From contig OX638333.1 in NCBI GenBank assembly GCA_951812895.1, positions 112,366-176,365 of the forward strand: a stretch of DNA of 64,000 bases, in the 5' to 3' direction. The first letter of the stretch is position 1. Every line of letters begins with the position of its first letter. The DNA comes from an uncultured Roseovarius sp. (GTDB lineage: Bacteria > Pseudomonadota > Alphaproteobacteria > Rhodobacterales > Rhodobacteraceae). The position numbers and the translations under genes are program-made. Below are positions 46,090 through 55,826 of this stretch, piece by piece. A model generated the notes under the pieces. The model was not told where the DNA came from. It worked only from the letters and a program-made list of their open reading frames with translations, and ran no database searches.

Positions 46090-46167
46090 GACTCTCTCCT
46101 TCGGGCGTCCGCCCGTTGCTATGGATCATCCGATCCGGTGCGCCGTTACACGTCCGTGCAGACGGCT

Positions 46168-47625
46168 CTAAATTTGGTCTGAAATCCCGCTGGACATCAT
46201 GTCAGCTTCGATAAATTCTTGATCCGCTTCGTGATCGTAGTCAGCGGATAGGACACTGCGCCGTTTGGCCTCCCGAATCGTTGCCCTATGGCTGATCACA
46301 CCGTTGTTGTTCAAGGTCAGAACATGCTTGAAACTATCGTCATCACTCCAACCCAGATCAAAATCAGTGTCGATGTTGACGGTCACCGCGTCGTCAGTCT
46401 GGAACCACATCGCTGTGAGCTCAAACGCGCGCTCCAATGCATCTTTGAGGTTCAGCGCCCACGCTTGAATCGCTGAATTCCCCTTTTGAGCCGCGACGGC
46501 TGTCGTTACGACCGTCAGGTTGCCTGACTGCGCCGTGAGCGGCTGCCTACCCAGCTCTCGCAACTCACGAGCGGTTTCTTTGATGTCATCGGCCAAGAAC
46601 CTTAGCGATTCCGCGCCGGGTTCAATGAAGTCCCATGCGCCGTGACTTCCGCTTTGACCGGGTGGAGCGTAAAGTACGCTGTGCGGCCCAACCGGCACTT
46701 TTTCAGGTTTGCCGCTGGTGTCGAGTGGTGGATCCACACCGTTGCCCGCCAGCATCGGGAACGCCGTCAGTTCCTTGATGTGTTTCAGCCCGCTTTCTTG
46801 TTGGTACAGCTCGATTTGCAGCTCAGCCGCATCCCTCATTGGGGGGTGCAACCGCCAAGAGTTTTCAATGCGTCGACCAGTCAGAAACGGAACTATCGGA
46901 ATCACACCAATCGTAACTGGCAAAGGCCCTTCGACCAAAACCCAGCTATCTTTAGCCTTGGTTTCCGTCTTTCGGTTTTCGTAGACCGAATATGTAGCAC
47001 CTGCATAACTTCCATCGGCCTGCAGCTCGCGGTCAAAGACACGCACCCGGTCGGCGGTCTCTTCGGTAAAACCAGTACGGGATCTAGCTTTCTCTTGCAG
47101 CCGGACATGGACAAACTGCTCAACACCGTCAACCACATCGGTATAAGCTGCCAGTACCGTTTTTGCAGGATATCTTACCCAGAACGGTCGTGCGCCCAAT
47201 TCGGCTTCCTGTGCCCGTGTGGCATCAATCGGAACGTCTTTGGTGTAATCCACCAATATCCAATCCACAGCCGCGTTGATGCCCGCAAAGAACACTTCGC
47301 TGGCGAAGACATGCAGATTGTTGCTACGACCATCCACATCATCGACGAAATCGATCATGTCTTCTGATATGTCTTCGTCTTTGACGGTGACTTGCTTTGC
47401 AAAAGGCCGCTGCGCGAGATTTTCAGCGATATCACGGTAAACGTTAGTGAACTTAGCGTTTTTCCGACGGAAGTCGTAACGATCTTCGGGTTCGTCGGGA
47501 AATTGCGGCAAATATTCCTTTTTGGATCGCATAGTAACCGCGCCACCAAGAATGCTTTCGATCATAGACCAAAACGCGCTCATTGCCAGATGGTCGGAAG
47601 ATGGGGTGTTCGGTTGGTCGTCCAC
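46168..47625 (-). CDS. Portal protein (DUF4055-like)
   Basis: YLPQFPDE..YDFR, PPMRDAAELQI. Confidence 0.85.
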   Translation of the reverse strand: MDDQPNTPSSDHLAMSAFWSMIESILGGAVTMRSKKEYLPQFPDEPEDRYDFRRKNAKFTNVYRDIAENLAQRPFAKQVTVKDEDISEDMIDFVDDVDGRSNNLHVFASEVFFAGINAAVDWILVDYTKDVPIDATRAQEAELGARPFWVRYPAKTVLAAYTDVVDGVEQFVHVRLQEKARSRTGFTEETADRVRVFDRELQADGSYAGATYSVYENRKTETKAKDSWVLVEGPLPVTIGVIPIVPFLTGRRIENSWRLHPPMRDAAELQIELYQQESGLKHIKELTAFPMLAGNGVDPPLDTSGKPEKVPVGPHSVLYAPPGQSGSHGAWDFIEPGAESLRFLADDIKETARELRELGRQPLTAQSGNLTVVTTAVAAQKGNSAIQAWALNLKDALERAFELTAMWFQTDDAVTVNIDTDFDLGWSDDDSFKHVLTLNNNGVISHRATIREAKRRSVLSADYDHEADQEFIEADMMSSGISDQI

Positions 47626-47628
47626 TCG

Positions 47629-49050
47629 TCACCCCTGCTTTCCGAATATAGCGGTTCGGTTGCCCTGAAAAAGGGTGTTAAACGCCCGGCTCGCCGCATC
47701 TACCTGATCCATAAATTCTCCAAACGGGAATGCGCAGATTTCATCCAAGAACTCAGCATTCCAGTCACCTTTCAAGATATCCACGTTTCCGGCTTCGCAT
47801 TGTGCGGCCAACGGTTCAGCGCGTGTTGCCTTGTCGCCGCTCTCCGGGGAGAAGCTGAACGAAAACCCGACCAGATCCTTTGCCATCGATGCGGCTTGGT
47901 CTTTACCTGCTTGGCCCGGGTCTTGCGGGTACGAGATAAACACGCTTTGCCCGTCTTCTGTCGCGGTGTTCTTCACCATCTTACGCGGCGTATTCACGCG
48001 TTCGCGACGGGCATCGGCTATTAGAATCCTGCCTTCTGGGGTCTGACCAATCTTTACGCTTGCGGTGAATGGACTGTCAGCCTTGGTGCTGGCGGCGAAA
48101 TCCCAACCGCGGACGAACCGCGTCCCGACCGGAACGGCGCCAACCGGATTGAACCAGTGACGCTTGAACATCCCTCCTTCGCGGGGAACGGGCCTTTGTT
48201 GGAACTGCCCCGCAACCGCAAAGCTGCCCATAACGCTCTTGTCGCGTGCAACAACCTCGGCTGAGAACCGATCCTCGAACAGCAACTCCCCATCGGTCTT
48301 ACGTGGGTCGGTGAACCCTATCGATGTCGAGCACTGACGGTCGGCCTCAAACTCCATCGGCAAACAGAGATGCTCGTAGCCGAGATCACGAGCAAGGATG
48401 TACCCACTCACATCGTTTTCGTGCAGTCTCTGCATGATCACGATGATCACGGACTTTTCGGGGTTGTTGAGGCGAGTGGGCAACGTTTCCGCAAACACCC
48501 GGTTGGCCGTGTCTCGTTCTGTTTCAGAGTAAGCTTTTTCCGGGGATAGCGGATCATCCCAAACGACAAAATCACCGCGCTTCCCGGTCATTGATTTCAC
48601 CGCACAGGATTGGCGAAAGCCCTGGTGCGTATTCTCAAACCCCGTCTTCTCGTTCTGATCGCTGGTCAGCTTGACCGGCCAGTGCCTTTGGTACCACTCG
48701 CTTTCGATCAGCAGCCTTGTTTTGCGGTTATCCCGGGTCGCAAGGGATTGCTCGTATGAGGCCCCTATGAAGCGTGCACCGGGCCAACCGAACGGTCCCC
48801 ATAACCAAGCCGGGAAGAAAACGCTGGTTGCCGTCGATTTTGACGTCCCCGGCGGGATATTGACCAACAGTCTTGGAATGTCACCCTTTGCTGTGGCTTC
48901 CAGATGCTCCGACAAGGCGTCCATGTGCCAACCGTGCACGTAGGGTTGTGGGTCGATCTGGGGCCATGCTCGCTTGATAAAACTCGAAAGCGACCGACTG
49001 CAGTACTCCTTTTCGATTGCGACTAAGTCAGTCGCTGTTATCTGCCGCAT
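47629..49050 (-). CDS. terL: Terminase large subunit
   Basis: LLVNIPPGTSKST, VVWDDP, MQRLHENDVSG, RGWDFAAS, DQVDAASRAF. Confidence 0.93.
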   Translation of the reverse strand: MRQITATDLVAIEKEYCSRSLSSFIKRAWPQIDPQPYVHGWHMDALSEHLEATAKGDIPRLLVNIPPGTSKSTATSVFFPAWLWGPFGWPGARFIGASYEQSLATRDNRKTRLLIESEWYQRHWPVKLTSDQNEKTGFENTHQGFRQSCAVKSMTGKRGDFVVWDDPLSPEKAYSETERDTANRVFAETLPTRLNNPEKSVIIVIMQRLHENDVSGYILARDLGYEHLCLPMEFEADRQCSTSIGFTDPRKTDGELLFEDRFSAEVVARDKSVMGSFAVAGQFQQRPVPREGGMFKRHWFNPVGAVPVGTRFVRGWDFAASTKADSPFTASVKIGQTPEGRILIADARRERVNTPRKMVKNTATEDGQSVFISYPQDPGQAGKDQAASMAKDLVGFSFSFSPESGDKATRAEPLAAQCEAGNVDILKGDWNAEFLDEICAFPFGEFMDQVDAASRAFNTLFQGNRTAIFGKQG

Positions 49051-49531
49051 TCAAAAGCTCTGCCATCGCGGATTCAGATAGCTTTGAAACGTCGATTGCT
49101 GGTTTGGGCGTCATGGTGCCGTCACTCGAACTGTGGTCTTTCTTGTCAGCCAATCCTAAATCCCGTGCAATTATGCTGGCATTTAACAAATCAGCAGAAG
49201 CACCTTCGAATTTCTGCTGCCTGATAATTTGTTCCATTCGCAAGCAGACTTCCGAAAAATTATCACGCTTTCGATAGTCGTCCCAAGTTGAAACACCAAT
49301 ATCCAAGAAATTACACAGACCATCTATGGTCATTGCTCGCATCTTGGAGACACTTACGGACTTCGCATCACCTTGGAATTTTACGAGCTCTGATTCCTGA
49401 AGCGGGTTGTCATCAACCCAATGAAAATACTCCAGGCAAGCACTCTCCACTTCTTCAGGGACGCTGAAGATCGGGTTGCGCCCGTGTGAACTTCGAGCCT
49501 CCCAAAATCTATTCCCCATAGGAGCTGTCAT
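49028..49531 (-). CDS. terS: Terminase small subunit (P22 gp3-like)
   Basis: APMGNRFWEARSSHGRNPIF, RAMTIDGLCNFLDI, NASIIARDLGLADK. Confidence 0.9.
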   Translation of the reverse strand: MTAPMGNRFWEARSSHGRNPIFSVPEEVESACLEYFHWVDDNPLQESELVKFQGDAKSVSVSKMRAMTIDGLCNFLDIGVSTWDDYRKRDNFSEVCLRMEQIIRQQKFEGASADLLNASIIARDLGLADKKDHSSSDGTMTPKPAIDVSKLSESAMAELLNAADNSD

Positions 49532-49570
49532 ATGTGTTCACCCCGCCATTAGCGGTCAGTGCCCCTTGGT

Positions 49571-49862
49571 TTAAGTTTTCAGATCAGTTGCGATTGAAGT
49601 CATCAGTTGTGGATTGTCTTTGATGACCTGCGAAAAGCTGTTTGCAAGAGCTTCCACTATGCGTTCTTCATTGTCCTCATCGGACAGAACCATCTCTTTC
49701 CACATTGCGTACAGAAGCTCATGGATCAGCGTGTTTGCGCGCTTCGGCCCCGGTAGATCACCATCAACAAAAATCGTTGCGGTAACGTTTATTGCTCTCA
49801 GTTTCTACGCTATCCCAATAACGGACGCAGTAATTCCTGTAGCCAATGCGAATTGTGTGAGC
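49571..49862 (-). pseudogene. Frameshifted small phage gene (HExxH-like family)
   Basis: TIRIGYRNYCVRYWDSVETESNKRY continues in another frame as IFVDGDLPGPKRANTLIHELLYAMW. Confidence 0.5.
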
Positions 49863-50250
49863 GATGCACCTACAACTCCGTTAGGAGGACGACATAACCG
49901 CGATGCATTGCAGTAGTGACGCCATAGACCGGCTCTGTGGTCCGGCATTGCACAAAGGGTCCTTGCGAGTTCTTTCGCTGTAAAAGGCCAACCCTTGTGC
50001 ATCTGGCAACAGAGGGGAAGGCCGGGTTGTTAGAACGCGTACCCGTCATTTTTGGGTCCAGGCCCCTCGGGTTGGGGGATGCACATCTTTCCCAGACTGC
50101 CGCGCTCAGAAGGTGTGTCCCTAAAGCTATCCCGAAGAGTTAAAGCCACTCCAAGGGAAAGCCGACGTTTAAGTCAGAGGTTCGCTGTTACCGACACACC
50201 ATCAAAACACGTTAGCCGCCGTATCCTTCTTTCACGCTACCCCCTGAATC

Positions 50251-50276
50251 AAAAAACCCAGCCTTTCGACTGAGCC
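50251..50276 (-). terminator. tR'-like intrinsic terminator
   Basis: GGCTCAGTC-GAAA-GGCTGGG then T6 on - strand. Confidence 0.7.
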
Positions 50277-50300
50277 TTATACATCACTGCGTTTCGCAGA

Positions 50301-50329
50301 ATACTAATCTTGCATTCTGAGTTTGTCAA
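50301..50329 (-). promoter_or_regulatory. pR'-like sigma70 late promoter
   Basis: TTGACA-17 bp-TAGTAT. Confidence 0.75.
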
Positions 50330-50979
50330 CATGCAGATGCATCCAAAAGACCAGCGACCGCAAGCAATGCCTCTCGGCCTTTGTGCGAGGGCTTGGGTTT
50401 CAATGTCTGACCGCAGTTTGAGCATTCTTTGCCGGTTGATATCCAAAGCTCTGCCTTATCAAGTCTGGCATGGTGGATCAATGAAACCTTGCGTGCGTCC
50501 AATTTCCCCATGAAGCCCTGCCAGCGCATCCAGTTGTTGGCCGCGTCACGTGCCTTGTCTTCCTCTGTTCGCAAATCAGATGCATATGCATTCATAATTT
50601 CCTGATATTCTTGGGTGTGCATGATGTTCATGCAGGCTGGCTCTGATTTGATACCCAAGTAATGGCGCTGATACATGCCGTAGGCGATTGAGAGGTTAAG
50701 CAGTGTTTGCCAGAGACGATCAATCTTTTCGCGCCCTCCGGGTTCTTCCCCCAAGACATGCTCCATGACCATTCCGATTTGGCAGCACATATGCGGCGCT
50801 CTGAGGCGCTTTCGGTTGGTTAGGCTATCCTCTACCCCGAATATGCGGCAACGGGCGCTGAGGCCGTTTTTCTGCGGGTCTTTCATGCCCTTTCGGCGTG
50901 ATCGGGCCTGCCCGTTGGGCTGACGCTTGGGGATATCCTCCAAAATCGGCAGTTTTTTCTTTCTGTCGCCCTTACCCAT
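50326..50979 (-). CDS. Probable late-gene regulator (Q-position protein)
   Basis: Immediately upstream of pR'/tR' pair; assignment by position only. Confidence 0.5.
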   Translation of the reverse strand: MGKGDRKKKLPILEDIPKRQPNGQARSRRKGMKDPQKNGLSARCRIFGVEDSLTNRKRLRAPHMCCQIGMVMEHVLGEEPGGREKIDRLWQTLLNLSIAYGMYQRHYLGIKSEPACMNIMHTQEYQEIMNAYASDLRTEEDKARDAANNWMRWQGFMGKLDARKVSLIHHARLDKAELWISTGKECSNCGQTLKPKPSHKGREALLAVAGLLDASAC

Positions 50980-51172
50980 CTTTGAACACCTGTTCTGCTA
51001 GGGATACGTTCTTGCGCTTTAGCTGTGCTTGAAGTTTACCTATGTGGCACTGAGCGCTGGTGTGCATGCGTATCAGATCCCCGTTCTGCTTTTTCAGCCT
51101 GAGATTTTCAGCCACCAGCTCTGCGTTTTTCTTTTGCAAGCGCAGAAGGGTCATTTCTTCTTGGTCAGTCAC
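50972..51172 (-). CDS. Hypothetical coiled-coil protein
   Basis: Coupled 66-aa ORF. Confidence 0.55.
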   Translation of the reverse strand: MTDQEEMTLLRLQKKNAELVAENLRLKKQNGDLIRMHTSAQCHIGKLQAQLKRKNVSLAEQVFKDG

Positions 51173-51351
51173 CCCACCTCCCCCTTTATCGGAATTGTCC
51201 GGTCCGGTCTGTTCGCCGGGTTCTTGTTTGTCCGCCGTTCATAGGCTTCCCGGAGGGCGTGATTGATAGAAGCTGCGGGGTATCCCTCTGCGTCCATTTT
51301 TGAGACTACCCGGTTGATCTCGTCTCTTGCCTGCTTTGCGAAGTTCATCAT
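51169..51351 (-). CDS. Hypothetical protein
   Basis: Coupled 60-aa ORF. Confidence 0.55.
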   Translation of the reverse strand: MMNFAKQARDEINRVVSKMDAEGYPAASINHALREAYERRTNKNPANRPDRTIPIKGEVG

Positions 51352-51548
51352 GTGAGTCCTCCACCACCTGTTATTTTGGCCGTTACTTCGATGTGATCCT
51401 GATCACAGTTTGTTAGTTTGAAATCGAAAATGAATGACCATTCCTCATGACCTATCGGGTCAGGTGCATCTTCCGCCGAAAGTGAGTGATCACCTTCTGG
51501 GAAGGTTGGCTTTTTACTTGGCTGAGAAGCTGCTTCATCGCCATTCAT
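51348..51548 (-). CDS. Hypothetical protein
   Basis: Coupled 66-aa ORF. Confidence 0.45.
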   Translation of the reverse strand: MNGDEAASQPSKKPTFPEGDHSLSAEDAPDPIGHEEWSFIFDFKLTNCDQDHIEVTAKITGGGGLT

Positions 51549-51588
51549 CGGCCGGCGCGCTGTTGTTCTAAAATCGGCCCAAGGTCCA

Positions 51589-51831
51589 TCACCTTACCTC
51601 CGTCCAAATTGGGGGCTGCATGCCTGCTTTGCTCCAGCCTGTTTTTGTGAGCGTGTATTGCGGAGCATCTGGTCTGTTGGTCGGCTCCCTCAAAACAAGC
51701 CCCTGCTCTACCGCGTCCAGAAGTCTTTCCCTTGTGACCTCCCGCGTCATTTTCGCCCGGATCATAATCGCCTGTAGCGTTGTCTCTGCGCTGCTGTGCT
51801 GGGCTTTAGCTATGTGTGTGAGGATGGTCAT
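51589..51831 (-). CDS. Hypothetical winged-helix-like protein
   Basis: 80 aa; AVEQGLVLRE..YTLTKTG. Confidence 0.55.
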   Translation of the reverse strand: MTILTHIAKAQHSSAETTLQAIMIRAKMTREVTRERLLDAVEQGLVLREPTNRPDAPQYTLTKTGWSKAGMQPPIWTEVR

Positions 51832-52565
51832 TTTCCGGCCAACTTTCTAAATCTCGCAACGTTTGAATCCTCAGAACCGCCAGAGAATTCGTCCTTCCAC
51901 CTCTCCCCGTTGAGGTAGCTTGACGGATGAATATCGTTCGCCCCCGGGTTAGAGGCACGCCATTGCCTTCCCCAACCTACGACACCGTCAATAGCTGCAC
52001 GCTTGTTTTGCTGAGAAAGCCTGCGAAACGCCTGCTCCGCTTTCTTCTTTCCCTGCTTTCTCAAAGGCCAGATTTCCCAAAATTCAGGGAAGGTTGGATC
52101 ATCCAAAGGGTGATCTTTATTTCTTATCTGGCTTCTAGCCTCTGGCTTCTGGGGTTTATCCTGTGCCTTATGTGGGGGGTTATCCAACGTTGATTTTTCT
52201 GTTTCTTTTCTGAGCTTTGGATTGCCACCCTTACGGCCATTATTGCGCGCCGTTGCCGCCTTTTTGATCATACGGGTCATTTTCCGCGAGTAGATCACGC
52301 CAGAGCGGGTCCGGGAGAATACGCCCGCCATATCCAGTTCACCAAGCATTGCTGTGATCTGGCTGGGGGGCGCTCCTACCAAGACGCCGATTTGCGCGTC
52401 AGTCGGGGAATGGCCGTTGACTAAAAGATGGCCGTAAGGGTGGGCTTCATGCATTACACACAGCATTTCGACCCAAAGGCCGCGTGCTGCGAGGCTGCAC
52501 ATTCTAAGGGCGGGATCAGACCGCCAATCTGTTGGGTAAAACTTAAACCAAGGGTCAGCCATCAA
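51828..52565 (-). CDS. Replication initiator protein
   Basis: PWFKFYPTDWRSDPALRMCSLAARGLW; C-terminal FWEIWP..HPSSYLNGERWKD; adjacent to helicase. Confidence 0.8.
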   Translation of the reverse strand: MMADPWFKFYPTDWRSDPALRMCSLAARGLWVEMLCVMHEAHPYGHLLVNGHSPTDAQIGVLVGAPPSQITAMLGELDMAGVFSRTRSGVIYSRKMTRMIKKAATARNNGRKGGNPKLRKETEKSTLDNPPHKAQDKPQKPEARSQIRNKDHPLDDPTFPEFWEIWPLRKQGKKKAEQAFRRLSQQNKRAAIDGVVGWGRQWRASNPGANDIHPSSYLNGERWKDEFSGGSEDSNVARFRKLAGK

Positions 52566-53965
52566 TACCCCTCCCAGATCAAGTTCAGGGCTGGGTTGAA
52601 CCGCACGTGCGCGGTCCCGATGGCTCCCTGTCTTTGCTTGGCGACGATCAGCTCAAGCTTGTTGCGCTGTGCTGACATGGCGTCACGCCAAGCCTGATGG
52701 GCCTCGCAATCACCAACGTCAGGTTCTTCGCGTTCCAGATAGTATTGCTCTCTGAAACAGAAGATCACCCCATCTGCGTCTTGCTCTAGCTGACCTGACT
52801 CCCGAAGGTCCGAAAGCATCGGCCTTTTATCCTCGCGCTGCTCAACTGCTCTGGAAAGTTGGGAGAGTGGAATCACAGGGCACTCCAAACTCATAGCCAT
52901 GGACTTCAAAGCAATGCTTACGTCTGTGATCTGCTCAACGCGGCTTCTCGCCTTTGACTTTAGAAGTTGGGCATAATCCACAATGACCAAGGGTAGTTTT
53001 TCGGCTTTAGAGCGGCGTAATACTTGCTTGACGCCAACCTGCAATAAATCTGTGTCTTGGAATTCTCTGGGCAGGAAGGTGATAGGCAGGTTCGCAACCT
53101 CAATGGCCGCCCGCTTGAGCGCTTCACCCTGTTTTTCTGTGAAATCTCCGCGTCTCAGGTTGGTGTAGTTTGTTGCGGCATGCTCTCTTGAGGTGCCTTC
53201 TGATAGAGCGCGCATCGCCATGGCCTGAGGCGTCATTTCTAGGCTAACGATGATTACCGGGTGCCCTGCCCTTGCGGCGTTCAATCCCATGCTAAGGGCC
53301 ACAGCCGTTTTGCCCATGCTTGGCCTGCCGCCGATCAACCACATTTCGCCGGGAGAAAACCCCGGCACAAACTTATCCAGTGCACCAATTCCCGAGTAAA
53401 CCGCACGGCGTTCCTCGCCACTGTAAGCGGCATAGATTTCCTGCATCGCATCCGTGACGGCCTTGGTCATGGAAACCGGCTTGGCGCGTGTTTCTGTGGG
53501 TTCTAACGCTTGAAGGCAAACCTCCATTTGCGCGGCTACGTCGGAGGCAGTCATTTCACCCCCGGAAAGCCCTTGCTGTGCATTTCGCATAATCTCGATG
53601 ACGCGGCGCTTTGACTTCGCCTCTGCGATTACCCCGGCATAATCCTTGATGAGGCTTGGTGTTATTGATGCCCCCGCAAGTGTAACCAAATACCCCTTAC
53701 CGCCAAGGCTGGACAGCGCTGCTGACAAGTCAGGCGTGAGCATAGCCGCGACCGTTATGGGTGTTACGGTTTTGTCGTTGACCTCAAGATTTCGGCAAAT
53801 ACTGTAGATCCCGGCGTGTACCGGATCATAGAATATATCCTTACCCCCAACTGCCTGCACCTCTGCTGTTGATTGACCAAGAAGCAACGCGCCCAAAAGC
53901 TGCTGCTCCGCCTCAACAGAATGCGGCTCATGCGCTTCCTGATTTATGGAGGCGATTTGATTCAA
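52562..53965 (-). CDS. dnaB: DnaB-like replicative helicase
   Basis: GGRPSMGKT, SLEM, VDYAQL, LSQLSRAVEQR, SDLRESGQLEQDAD, AKQRQG. Confidence 0.95.
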   Translation of the reverse strand: MNQIASINQEAHEPHSVEAEQQLLGALLLGQSTAEVQAVGGKDIFYDPVHAGIYSICRNLEVNDKTVTPITVAAMLTPDLSAALSSLGGKGYLVTLAGASITPSLIKDYAGVIAEAKSKRRVIEIMRNAQQGLSGGEMTASDVAAQMEVCLQALEPTETRAKPVSMTKAVTDAMQEIYAAYSGEERRAVYSGIGALDKFVPGFSPGEMWLIGGRPSMGKTAVALSMGLNAARAGHPVIIVSLEMTPQAMAMRALSEGTSREHAATNYTNLRRGDFTEKQGEALKRAAIEVANLPITFLPREFQDTDLLQVGVKQVLRRSKAEKLPLVIVDYAQLLKSKARSRVEQITDVSIALKSMAMSLECPVIPLSQLSRAVEQREDKRPMLSDLRESGQLEQDADGVIFCFREQYYLEREEPDVGDCEAHQAWRDAMSAQRNKLELIVAKQRQGAIGTAHVRFNPALNLIWEGY

Positions 53966-54411
53966 GTCACCACTCCCCGCACCATTTTCTCGGCAAGCGA
54001 TCCTATGGGTTGCCAGTTATCGACTTCCTCTTGCCCCCTGACATGGACCAGAACGCCACCGCCTTTGATTTTTTCTTTGAATTCTTCCGGCCAAATGACC
54101 TTAAACTGGTGGTCATCGGTGCCCATTGAATCGGCCAAACCGTCGATACCCGCTTTCATTGTCTCGGGCATGTTGTGCAGATCGCGGTGACGGTAGCATG
54201 GCGGGTAGAATTCGAATGTCAGAACCGCCTTGGGATCTTTATCTTTGTGCAGGCCGTGTTCAAGCCCCTTGTCGCGCGCAAGAGTGCGGTATGCCTTGAT
54301 TTGGGGTTGGTATCGGCTCCAATGCTTACTGCGCTTGAAATTGGGCGTCAGCTCCTTTGGTGGCCACGGTAGGCGTATGAGATATTCACGCTGCATGCTT
54401 GAGCCTCCCAA
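53962..54411 (-). CDS. rusA: RusA-like Holliday junction resolvase
   Basis: LPWPPKELTPN, RDLHNM..KAGIDGLADSMGTDD. Confidence 0.75.
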   Translation of the reverse strand: MGGSSMQREYLIRLPWPPKELTPNFKRSKHWSRYQPQIKAYRTLARDKGLEHGLHKDKDPKAVLTFEFYPPCYRHRDLHNMPETMKAGIDGLADSMGTDDHQFKVIWPEEFKEKIKGGGVLVHVRGQEEVDNWQPIGSLAEKMVRGVVT

Positions 54412-54453
54412 CGAATTCTGTAGGGGCTTCCCGGCTCTGATCGAACAGATACA

Positions 54454-54975
54454 TCATGCCCAACTCCGCCCAGTGGAAATTGCACTGACGGTGCTACGGG
54501 CTATGCCAAAATGTGACGCGATATCCCGCTGACGCACACCAAGGCGGAGAAGGTCTTTAATATGAGAAACGCTTGCATTAGTTAGCCGCGCTCCAGGGTG
54601 CTGCGCATGACGGCGGCAGGTGCCGTGCTTTATTTTGTCCTGCTGATTTTCCTTTGGTGTTGCATATCTTAGATTTTCCAACCGGTTGTTGTTGGGGTTG
54701 CCATCACTATGCGCGACCTCCTTACCAACCGGCCTTTTCCCAATGAACCCCAAGGCAACCAGTGAGTGAATGTAGAGAAGCTTTACTTTGCCGCAATCCA
54801 TTCGAACGGGAACCTTGTGATGTCCGTATTGGTTTGTGGTCCAGCGAAGGAGTTTGCCTGAATATCGTCGGCATTGACCATTCGAGGTTTGGATTGTCCT
54901 ATCAAGACTTCGAACTCGACCGTCATTTGAAACTTCATAATTTTTTGCGCCAGATATCGGCCTCCATTCGGTCAT
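54454..54975 (-). CDS. NUMOD4-HNH homing endonuclease
   Basis: EWRPI..YEVSNDGRVRS; HSLVA..VAHSDGNPNNNRLENL. Confidence 0.9.
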   Translation of the reverse strand: MTEWRPISGAKNYEVSNDGRVRSLDRTIQTSNGQCRRYSGKLLRWTTNQYGHHKVPVRMDCGKVKLLYIHSLVALGFIGKRPVGKEVAHSDGNPNNNRLENLRYATPKENQQDKIKHGTCRRHAQHPGARLTNASVSHIKDLLRLGVRQRDIASHFGIARSTVSAISTGRSWA

Positions 54976-55532
54976 GTCTGCCTCCCGATAAACTCTGTTG
55001 GCCCTTCTCTGCCTTGATCAAACAGGTGCCATTGAACGTTGTCTTTACCCGTATGAGGACTGTCGGGAATCCATTTGACCCGGCCAACTGACACGATCTT
55101 ATGGCACCATTTCATGTACGGTTCTGATTGCTTGGTGTGCATCCAATCTGCATCGAATAAGAGCCATGTGGGCAGCAATGCACTAAAGTGCTCAATCATC
55201 GGGTGAAGGATTTCACGGGTCCAAGGCGGGTTGGTGATGATGTAGTCTGCGCCCGCTGTTTTGAGGGCGGATTCACTCACGCTCAATGCGTCACAGGTTT
55301 GGACCCAAGGAAATTTATCCGGGTCCACACGAGGTGAAATATCACTCGCTGCTACACACCCAAACGGAAGTGCATCTATTAGGTCGCCACGGCCCGCACA
55401 GGGTTCCCAATAATGAAGGATGTGGGGGAGATGTGGCAACAACGGCAACACGGCCTCTCTGGGCGTGTCATAGGCGTCCTGGGGTCTGCGTTTGAAGTTG
55501 CTGCGCTTACCCATTAGGCCAACTCCAACCAC
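54972..55532 (-). CDS. Phage amino DNA methyltransferase
   Basis: DAYDTP, WEPCAGRGDL, ITNPPW. Confidence 0.85.
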   Translation of the reverse strand: MVGVGLMGKRSNFKRRPQDAYDTPREAVLPLLPHLPHILHYWEPCAGRGDLIDALPFGCVAASDISPRVDPDKFPWVQTCDALSVSESALKTAGADYIITNPPWTREILHPMIEHFSALLPTWLLFDADWMHTKQSEPYMKWCHKIVSVGRVKWIPDSPHTGKDNVQWHLFDQGREGPTEFIGRQT

Positions 55533-55825
55533 ATAAGTTTGTGTGTCGCCTCTCTCAGGTCCGTGTAAGCGCGTTTTTCGTCTCTGGTGTCGCCTCGGTC
55601 CTTAGCGTCTGCGTAGGCTTGCTGTGCGGCTTGTCTGGCGTATTTGAGGCGTGCGGGGGCCGTGCGGGCGTAATACTTGTTTGGGAAGCCACGTCGGGCC
55701 GCTGCTCGCGAGACAGACGCTATGGATACACCGATCTCACCAGCAATTTCCGAAAGGGGCTTTTCAGAGAACCAGTAAGCTTTAAACTGGTCTGTCTCGT
55801 AAAACGCATTGCGAGGCTTAAGCAT
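55514..55825 (-). CDS. HTH DNA-binding protein
   Basis: LSEIAGEIGVSIASVSRAAARRG. Confidence 0.65.
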   Translation of the reverse strand: MLKPRNAFYETDQFKAYWFSEKPLSEIAGEIGVSIASVSRAAARRGFPNKYYARTAPARLKYARQAAQQAYADAKDRGDTRDEKRAYTDLREATHKLMWLELA

Positions 55826-55826
55826 G

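Noticed and set aside
50128-50202. tRNA gene (cloverleaf-like fold with GACTTAAA)
   Set aside because: A 7-bp closing stem exists, but the anticodon-like loop is 6 nt, there is no GTTCRA T-loop and no CCA; kept only as a structured RNA candidate.
52129-52185. Replication-origin iterons inside the initiator gene
   Set aside because: Only two short imperfect repeats (GGATAAACCC and GGATAACCCC on - strand) were seen; plausible but too weak to call.
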